Positions 53,740 to 64,000 of a DNA stretch of 64,000 nt are shown here, piece by piece. A program made the translations under genes and the position numbers. The notes under the pieces were generated by a model. It ran no database searches. It had not been told where the DNA came from and saw nothing but the letters and a program-made list of their open reading frames with translations. Positions within the stretch are counted from its first letter, which is position 1; every line of letters begins with the position of its first letter. The DNA is from the human T2T-CHM13v2.0 reference genome, Homo sapiens: NCBI RefSeq assembly GCF_009914755.1, contig NC_060928.1; one strand, 5' to 3'.

Positions 53740-54070
53740 ATCACTGTCCCTGTGTGTGTTCTTGAACCCAACAGATTTATACTGCAAACACTTGTGAACC
53801 TTTGCTTGAAAGGTTTCTTTGACCACTGGAAAGCATTTGATGCTGTGTGAACACATGCCAGAAGTTCTGGGAAATTATGTTCCTAGGAGCATCTTTCAGC
53901 CACTAACTGGTAGGATTTGATGCCTGAATCCCCAAACCGTTTGTCCCTGAGTCAACTCCAAGGATTACTCTATGCAGTCTCCCAAAGGTTCCCTGTGGGA
54001 TCGAGCTACAGTTGCATAAAACGAGTACTTATAAGTAATTTATAAGTTGTGGAAACTGCTTATCAAACAG
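53740..54070. mobile_element. ERVL LTR16-like fragment
   Basis: TCAGCCACTAACTGGTAGGATTTG...GTCTCCCAAAGGTTCCCTGTGGGATCGAGCTACAGTTGC resembles LTR16. Diverged. Confidence 0.55.
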
Positions 54071-54688
54071 TGAATGACAATTTATAAAAATTATTTTCTT
54101 TTTAATCCAGCCCCACCCAGTTCACAATAGAATTATCGATACAGAATATTTTATATTCTCCTTTGATCCTGATACTGTCTCCAATTAAACTATAAAATAC
54201 ATCACAAATGAAAAACAGTAGTTATATATCCAGAAAAAATGAAAACAACAAAAAGCAATAACATTTACTATGTCACTTGCCCAGAAGTAATTAATATACT
54301 TAATTATCATAAGTTTAATATTGATTTAAACAAAAATTGAGACATCAATATATGGGAAAGATGACAAAAAGGTGAGCTTCTCAAGAAAGGAAGCTAAATT
54401 TCTGCAACCATAGTGAAAGACAATAGATGTTGCCTAAATCGATTAACTAAGACTTGTTATTTTTATTGTTAAAGTCATGAAGATAAACTAGAAAAAAGCA
54501 ACCAGAAGAAGCTAAACTTATTACCTCTAGGGCACAAGGCTAGGAGGCGGCCTTTGATTTCCAGAAAACTATGTGTATGTACATTTATGAAAAAATTAAA
54601 ATACATTTTAAGAATTCCTCTGCTATATGTATTTGTCCCACTGCTATGTGTATGTATACCACTTCCATGTGTATTTGTATGATGTTAT

Positions 54689-55630
54689 TGTGTCCGGAAT
54701 TGGTGGGTTCTTGGTCTCGCTGACTTCAAGAATGAAGCCGCGGACCCTTGTGCTGAGTGTTTCAGTTCTTAAAGATGGTGTGTCCGGAATTTGTTCCTTC
54801 AGATGTGTTGTTTCTTCCTTCTGGTGGGTTCGTGGTCTCGCTGACTTCAAAAGTGAACCGGCAGACCTTCGCGGTGAGTGTTACAGCTCTTAAAGGCGGC
54901 GCGCCTGAAGTTGTTCGTTCCTTCCAGTGGGTTTGTGATCTCGCTGGCCTCCGGAGTGAAGCTGGAGACCTTCATGGTGAATGTTACAGTTCATAAAGGC
55001 GGTGTGGACCCAGAGTGAGCAGCAGCCAAGATTTACCGGGAAGAGCGAAATAACAAAGCTACCACAGCATGGAAGGGGACCCAAGTGGGTTGCCAGCTGC
55101 TGGCTTGGGTGGCCTGCGTTTATTCCCTCATCTGGCCCCACCCACATCCTACTGATTGGTCCATTTTACAGAGAGCTGAGTGCCATTTTACAGAGCGCTG
55201 ATTGGTGCGTTTACAAACCTTTAGATAGACAGAAAAGTTCTCCAGGTCCCCACGCGACCCAGAATCCCAGGCGGCTTCACCTCTCAATGGCATTTGCTGC
55301 AGGACTTTGTGGCACCTAGCTCGGGCACTCAGGCAGCCCAGAGGGAGCTCATCCCCCTATCACGCCCAGCAGGCGCCGGCAGGCCCCACCAAGTGCTGGG
55401 CTCGCCAAGCCTGCGCCCACCCGGAACCCGAGCGGCGCCCGGCGGGAGCCGGTGCCTCTCCCTCCACACCTCCCCACGAGCAGAGCTCTGGCCTCGGCCA
55501 GGCTCAGAGAGGGGCCCCCACAGCTCAGCGGTGGGCTGAAGGGCTCCTCCACAGACTGTGGCCAGAGCGGACTCCGAGGCCTAGGAGGCGCCGAGAGTGA
55601 GTGAGGGTGCTAGCATGTTGTCACCTGTCA
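54689..55630 (-). mobile_element. Solo LTR12-family (ERV9) LTR, 942 bp
   Basis: Minus strand starts TGACAGGTGACAACATGCTAGC and ends CCAATTCCGGACACA; perfect 4-bp TSD TTAT; GC/CpG-rich U3 and repeated U5 units. Confidence 0.96.
55090..55230 (-). promoter_or_regulatory. LTR12 core promoter motifs: two CCAAT boxes and TATA-like AATAAA
   Basis: Plus-strand ATTGG at 55155 and 55201, TTTATT at 55119-55124 and GC-box-like GGCCCCACCC. Matches known ERV9 LTR promoter layout; activity not shown. Confidence 0.55.
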
Positions 55631-56120
55631 TTATTACGGAGGAAATAAAGTTCTTTCAAGAAAAAGACATGGCAGGAAAAGAAAATGGGAAAGAAGAAAG
55701 AAAAGGGAAGAAAGAGAAAAAGGAAGAGGAAGAGTTAGAAAAAGAGATAAAATGAGAATGCATTGGTCTCGAGCCTTTTCATGCATAAGTTTTTCAATTC
55801 TTGTCTTTTACAAATTTATTATTCAGTTCTATAATTGTTTAATGTCCTTATTTCTTAGGTACCCAACTAAATGATATGACTCCTTTAGTTAAATTTTTGT
55901 TTGCTCTGTAAAATATTATCAATAAACGCTTGGATTATTGACCTCTCTGACTATTACTCTTTCTCCTGTCTTCTCTTGCAAGGCAGTTCTACCATGAAAG
56001 ACAAAACTATTCAATTTTCCTACATTGTGTTGGAACATATTCATCTTCCCTTTTTGGTTATCCTTGATATAGCTATTTCAAACTGCATTTTTAGTCCTGT
56101 AATCAATTAGGCCTAGCCTC

Positions 56121-56230
56121 TTCCCTCCCTCCCTCCCTCCCTCCCTTCCTTCCCTCCTCCCTCTCTCCCTCCCTCCCTCCTTTCTTCCTTCCTTCCTTCC
56201 TTCCTTCCCTCCTTCTTCCCTTTCCTTCTC
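56121..56230. repeat. (CCCT)n/(CCTT)n polypyrimidine tract
   Basis: Seen directly, about 110 bp of pure pyrimidine. Confidence 0.95.
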
Positions 56231-57481
56231 TATTTTGAACTATGTAATATCTCCCAGGTATTAATGTCTTTTCTTCCTGTAAGACTTCTTCCCAGTTATG
56301 GTCAAATGATGACGTATATGGGAAAAATTTTATAGTAATCAAGAGAGATTACTGAAGTACTAATGCCCTCTTATGCTAGTAATGTGCTTAGCTTTAAAAA
56401 ACTATGTTTTTAATACCTAAGAAATGCTTCAAACGTTGTCTACAAAGCACAATTATATTTCATCTAACCGATCTGTGAAGAGTCTTCAAGTCAACCAGAG
56501 AAAGGACAAGAAGGACAGGAGAGATTTTCTCTTTTTCCTTTCCTCTCTCTTTCCCTTCCTTTCCTCTCTCTTTCCCTTCCTTTCTTCCTTTTTATTTTTT
56601 TTTTAATGTTTCTTCTTTCAGGACTAATATAGATGTCACGATCTCTAAATGCACATTTAGAAAGCTAATATGAATTACAAATAAAATGGCCCAACTGTAA
56701 TTAGTAAGTGAATGTCAATTCAGTGAAAGTAACCAGCTTTCCTATGTATATTTTAGCTTCTTATTTGTAAATAGGCATTATTAGAGGAGTAAAAAAGGTG
56801 CATTTTGAAAAATGAATGCTTTTTTCAACTTTATTTGCATATATGCCTTACTTTTCTTGCTTATTGCAGAAATTTTCTTTTTTTGAACCATTTTAACTAT
56901 TTTTAAGTATACGATTCGGTGGAATTAAGTATATTCACATTATTGTGCAGCCGTCAACACTATGATTTTTCAAAACTTTTTCATCATTTCAAACAGAAAT
57001 TCTGCATGCATTAAACCACTTATTTTTTTCTATAAAAGTGTCAAAAATTCTAAAATAAATTTGTGGAGTTCTGAGAGTTTTAAAACTATTTACATAAAAA
57101 GGAAATCACAAAAACAATAATTAAAGAATGTTTTTCTTTTGACAATTTTCAGAACTGAAAATGATACATTCTGTTAATATATTAAAGCTTTATCAAGATC
57201 TTACTTCTTTCGTGTCAATTACGTTATTAAGTATTTTTCTTAAAAGAAGAAAGTTGGTTCTACTTTTTAGCTCTCCTTTTTTTTATTCTTACCAGCAATT
57301 GCCATTGCAGTGGTAACACAGAAGTCCTAGGTGGCCTCAATCAGTGTAGTTTCAATGTCTGCCAAGTAGGTCTGTTTTTTCAACTGACCTTTCAACAATA
57401 GCCTTTAAAAGATAGATTGGAGCAAGTAGATAGTTTCATTCAAGAGGACATAGATGAGGAACTGCAAAAATGTTTAAATTA

Positions 57482-58122
<641 letters not shown>

Positions 58123-58261
58123 CTACTCTGAACTTCATTAACTAAAGATGGTTTAATGTTAGTATACCATGGGATTGCCTATTCCAAGGGAGCGAATGAC
58201 AAGCCAGATCACTTCCCCACTGAAAATGATTCATTTACATGAAGATTTTTTATGTCTGATC

Positions 58262-58572
<311 letters not shown>

Positions 58573-59659
58573 TATGTCTGATCTTTATTTCATTATTTTT
58601 CTAAGTGAAAATACAAAACTAATTTTCTGCTATTAAAAAATCACAAATTATAAAGATGATTTGATGAAAAATATTTTCAGATAAACTTGCATATGAGATT
58701 TAATTACTCATTAATGAAAACATTATAATATCTATGATACTATATTTATAATTATTTACATATAAAGTCTTTATAAATATATAATTAGTATGCATATTTA
58801 TATAAAACAAAATATTATATGATATGTAAATGGGAAGATTTTATGATTCTGATAATTTTGTATATGAAATTCTAGGATGAATGGTTGTTGTAACTTGCAT
58901 TTTTAAACCTCTAAATTTAGTCCTTTTTTAGAACCAGTATTGTAATGGATGTTCTAGGAACACTTGGGAATAAGAGTCAGAAAGCAACATCCAACCTATT
59001 GGTTGCTTAATATTTTACAGTACATGCTAAATATACTTTATGGATATTATATAATTTATAATGTAACCTTACCTACTTCAATAGAATTAGACATCTTTAA
59101 TATGAATGTCATTAATTGAAAATAAAATACAGTTGAACTTAATTTAATTCTTTCAATTTTGCATTTTGGAAACCACAAAACAGAGCTTGATTTTCGGAGT
59201 TCAACACATTAGCATCTCTCACGGTCGAATGGGTACATTTTCAATAAGAAACCAATGAGTTATGAAGCCTTTTCAATGGTGACTTACAATAAGCAATAAT
59301 TCATGAAATTTATGCTCTGTACAGTCTGTTTTCCTCCTGTAGAAATGTGGGTTGGTTGACATCTCTGATAACCTGTTTAATCTTTTGTAAATATTTGCAA
59401 GTCTGAATCATTGGTATGGATTTTGATGCTACTCAAGAAGAAAGAAAGACCTCCAAGAAGAGGAGAGAAACTTAAATGACAAGTAAAGAGGAAAGCTTGT
59501 AAAAAGTATACAAAGAAAATCAGTCATTCTGTCTTTATAATATAGCTAATGTTTTATAATTGAAATGTTATTTCTTGAATATAGGTAGCTAAGGTTTTGT
59601 TTTTTGTTTAGTTTTGTTTGTTTTACTTTAACAAGCCTTTTAGAGCCAAATGAGCTATT

Positions 59660-59664
<5 letters not shown>

Positions 59665-59691
<27 letters not shown>
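59665..59691. repeat. (CA)n microsatellite
   Basis: Seen directly, about 13 units. Confidence 0.95.
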
Positions 59692-60059
59692 CCAGGCACG
59701 CACTAACTTCAGGATTTTTTTCAAATTATACAATCTGTAAAGTCATATGTTTCTTATTCTTACCCCTTCAATGAGCTTAGTAGCATATTTTGATGTAATA
59801 CTTGAGAAAATTGATGTATCATTTGACAAAGGCTGAATTTAGTTTGTATAATGCGAATAGTTCTAAAAAACGGAGTTTTGTTTCTTGCTTTGTGAAACAT
59901 GGTCGTCTCCACCCAATCACAATCGATCACTCCTTCCTGGTGCCAAAATACAGGTTAAGTACACTTACTATTTATTACATATAATAGTCTATAGTAAGAT
60001 TAAATTTTCACATGCCTATGTTTCCTACAAATAATGCCTTAAGGGCACATATCATGTTT

Positions 60060-60790
60060 ATTTCTTTATACATTATCTATTTTCTTCATCTGGATTATTG
60101 CCTGTGCTCCTAAAGGATTTCCTAGCACTTACCTTTGCCCCTCCTTTAGTGGGTTAAAAACAAATTAAGATCATGTTGCTCTTCTTGAACTCCTTTCAGT
60201 GGCTCCTCATTTCCTTCATACTAAAAGCCACAGTCATTATCTTAGCCTTAAAATACCCTTTTTAATTTTACACTTGTATTTCCGTGCTGTCTTCTTCTAT
60301 ATTCTCTTCCTTACTCACTTTGTTTCAGCCACACTTGCCTCCTGGCTGTTTCTTGAATATGACAAGCACACTCCCACCTCTCAGCCTTTGCATGGATTGT
60401 TCTTCATTCCAGAATGCTCTTTCCCCAGCCATTCCTGTGGTTGACTCCTTATTTTGGGACTTGGATCAGATGCTATATTTTCAGGAAAGCTTCTCCTGAC
60501 AAGCTCATAGTATTGCAGTTCCAAACCTCCTTCTCTCTCCTCTTCTGCCATAGTGGTGCTGTGTTCCCATTTGCTTCCCTCTCTTTTTGCATAGTACTTT
60601 TCCTTTTTTAATTATTATAAAAATGAATGTTTTGTTTTGTGTTTTACTGTCTGTCTCTCCTACTAGGACTCAAGCTCTACCAGTGCAGGTATTTTTTAAA
60701 TGCTTTTTGGTCTGTTTTGTTTCCTAACATATCACCAGCCCTGGTATATGTTAGATTGTTTTTCAGAAATATTTGTTTACTGTCTGACCT
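60060..60790 (+). mobile_element. LINE-2 3' region
   Basis: TCAGCCACACTTGCCTCCTGGCTGTTTCTTGAA; CCTTTGCATGG...CCAGAATGCTCTTTCCCCAG; AATATTTGTT end. Confidence 0.75.
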
Positions 60791-63700
60791 ACAAAATCAA
60801 CAGATAAATAAACAGAAGATGTTAAATACTACCCTTAACCGACAAAGGAACTAAAAGTACTGAGTCAAGAACTCCAAAAACAGCATATATACCTCATAAG
60901 TGTTTCAATAATAGTATGAAAGCCTAATCTTGCATGGTAATAATATTAGTGTATGTTGCATAACGTTTCTAATCTCTCATTTGTAATTTTTACTTCTAGA
61001 GGCAAAAAATATTTTGTCATATGTGTTGTTTCCTCCCAAGGACAATATAACCTCTTAGAAGAATACTCAGGCCCCCAATGTAACATTGTTTCTGCCACAT
61101 CAGAAAATTGTGGGAAAATAAGTAACTACAGTTTCATCATTATGATAGCTAATGGCTTCAGGGATGACCCTAAAGCAGACAATATGGTCCAAACATCTTC
61201 TCCATCTGTGTCTCTGCTGTCAAGGGAAATCGGTATATACCATTTTTTATTTCTTTCTTGGTCCAAATGACAAGTAGCCCATGCAGTGTTCAGCCCTGAA
61301 CTTCAATGACTGGTGAAAGATGATGGATCGCGAATTGGTAAGTGAATCTAACTTTGCTTCAGAGCCATGAAACTAACAGAGCTACTCTTTTCCTATAAAT
61401 AGTGCTCTGTGTGTTTGTGTGTGTGCACACAGAAACACATGTGTGATTTCCTCTGGAAATCTGTCAGAATAATGAAATGTTGTTTTCATCATGATTCAGA
61501 AATGATTTAGAAAATAAGAAGATAGTACATAGAAGGCAACGAGGAATGAAAGGGATGTCATAAAGGTATTCTGTCATGAAAAGAGCTTAACAGTTTTTCA
61601 TAGAGCAGACTATTGCCCTAAGAAAACTGTAAAGTCAACCCTTACACAATTTGTACTTCATCCTTTCCTTCAGTGTAAAATTTCGGAGGATTTTTATGTT
61701 CCAAGTATGCAGTTAGATATGTGGCCTGAACTATCTTTACATGAAATCACCATTATTTGTAGTATCATCAGCAACAGAAATAGCTATTTAATTCTTCAGT
61801 TGTGCATGGTGCTGAAAACTGCGGATCTGTTATGGCTCTGGCATCTGAAAAGTCCACAATAGAAAAATGAACAAAATTGTACCTGCACATAATAAACAAA
61901 ATATTATGGCAAATTCTTGCTTACAGCTGGCTTGAAAGGCAGAGCTAAGGTTAATTTTTAAAGTATTTTTACTATGTGTAATAATATATTTGCATAAGTT
62001 TGGTCTTGGCTGGTGTCACAACAAAGCCAACGTTTCTAACAATGTTCAGCATCTCTAATAATATGCATTATTTTGCACTGTTCTGTTTCATACATGATAT
62101 AATTTTGGTCTGACTTTCATGGATAAAAACAACCATGATAGAAAGAGAAAAATGGAGATAAAGGATTCTGTTCTGAGTAACACTATTTACATAACAATAT
62201 CTTCCTTTCAATCTAGACAAAATATGGAGCAATAAACACTTTTAGAAAAAGTGAATAGTTTGAAGGAGCTTGAAGGTGCAGTACCAGGCAATTATATTCA
62301 CACATAATAATACTTTGTTAAATGATTTGACATGGTTTTTCCACAAACGCATTGCTAGGTTAATAGCTATGTAGAGAAAGAGTACAGGTTTTATACAATT
62401 CATGGAGATGCCTCAGTTCCATAATATATGTCATTTTAGGAGTAAAGGATGATGGTAAATCATCTTAGACAGAACCCTCTGGAAAAATCTTCTCCAGAAG
62501 CTCCTATCCAGTGGGCCTTGGATGTCAGAGTGGCCTTGAGCTGTGGCAAGGAGTCTGAAAAGCTGTACTCAATCAACATTTTCTGTTAATTCAATAGGCA
62601 TATGACCATTTTGACATGACACCATGACCTGTTTGAAAATTTCTCATTTAAGTGTGAGAAATACAAACATAAAGTGTTTAAAATCAGGTATTCGTGGTCA
62701 TACCTCTAGTCACTGACAGGGTGCTTTTCAAATATCCACCAAATCCAATCGACTAAGATAAGCACATATGTTGTTGGGTTTCTTAGTGAATGGCAAAGAG
62801 GTTTTGAACATCAAGCGTGACCTATTAACTTTTCAAACTTTGATTACATTATGTTTTATACAAATTTAGTCAAAAATCTCTCTTAAGAAGTCTAGACAGA
62901 CAGTAGGGTTAAATTCACATTTCCTCTCAGAGTTTAAACTTGAATTTGTTATATTATATATTGTCTTAAAGAAAGTGAAGGCCTTGTTTATTTTTACCTG
63001 TTTTTCTAGAAGGTGGTCTTGGTTCTTATTTGTAGCAATTTTTAAAAATGTGGAACTTATAATTCATGAATTTATCTGACAGTTGCAAAGGCACATATAT
63101 TGCTTTGTATAGAGTCTTTGGTTTGAATCTGCTCAAAAGCAGAATATTTTTAGAGACAGCAGGTTTCTACAGATATGGTGGTAGTATATTTTAATTTCTC
63201 TTGGTTAACTACAGACACAAATCACAAATATTAATATTGAGACAGGAAATGCAATTACTTTCCCATTCTATATTTATACTGCTACCATACATGAATCATA
63301 TCCCTGAAACTATATTTTGTAGTATTTTTCTCTGCTGAATACAAAATTTAGAGTAAATTTGGTACTCTGGCTCTACAGGAATGGCCAGAATTCTAATATG
63401 TGGTTTCCATTAGATATGCATTCAGAATTCCTCTTGTGCTTCAAACAATTACTGGAAAACAATGCACACTGCTACTTGCCAACATAACTGGAACTATATG
63501 GGAGAATTATAAGAGCATAAAAGTTTTGGCCTACTTAACACAGTGATATTAGGGCTTATGGATATAACATCATTGTGCTAGGGATTTTTTTATTGTTATC
63601 AAAGTGAATTGAAATTTAGTAGGATAGAAATGTTTGTATTGTTGCTGTTAAATCATAGAACAATAATAATTATTGTACTGCCAATAAATGGATAGCAGGG

Positions 63701-64000
63701 ATAAAGGCAGAATAAACACGCTATATAACGGCTGTTTAAAGCTTCTGTTAATGTTCATTTAAATACTAATTAAAATCCAGTAAGAAAGATAAAATAGCTA
63801 GGTTAGCTATGATGTACAAGAACAATGAACTTTTTTTTCATTCGGTTGGGTTTGGTTTGTGATCAAAGGCAGCCTTGAAAGAAACAAGCTGAAGTGCAAG
63901 GAATCTCCAAACATATTTCAAAGATTATGTTTGTCTATCAAGGAACAGAATAGTGCTGTCATAGGTTTGTCAAAATAAATACAGAGATGCCATTATTCTC

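Noticed and set aside
55250-55630. CpG island or gene promoter with several GC-rich ORFs
   Set aside because: Entirely within the LTR12 U3 region bounded by its TSD; the ORFs are GC-content artefacts.

Overview
This is AT-rich, CpG-poor primate DNA, almost certainly human because it carries a consensus-like AluYb8. It looks like intergenic or deep-intronic sequence. I find no credible protein-coding gene, tRNA, rRNA, CRISPR array or CpG-island promoter. The listed ORFs are transposon remnants (L1 ORF2, Tigger1 transposase, Alu and LTR frames), low-complexity artefacts or chance short frames. Much of the window is interspersed repeat: L2, MIR, old L1M elements, one L1PA 3' end, seven Alus, MaLR/ERVL/ERV1 LTRs, a solo LTR12, and Tigger/hAT DNA transposons including a near-full-length dead Tigger1. 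Subfamily names come from recalled consensus sequences, not a RepeatMasker run, and boundaries of old elements are approximate. I cannot support a new biological system here. The most unusual observations are retrotransposition oddities: (1) a polyadenylated retrocopy of just the LTR12 R region; (2) a ~60 bp twin-primed L1 micro-insertion made of an inverted fragment plus poly(A); (3) a THE1D composite with two outward-facing LTR 3' ends and an Alu-associated deletion; (4) a solo LTR12 whose promoter motifs are intact but whose poly(A) signal is destroyed; (5) a very young AluYb8 that creates a close inverted Alu pair. Several isolated candidate non-coding exons and enhancer-like motif clusters are reported at low confidence.
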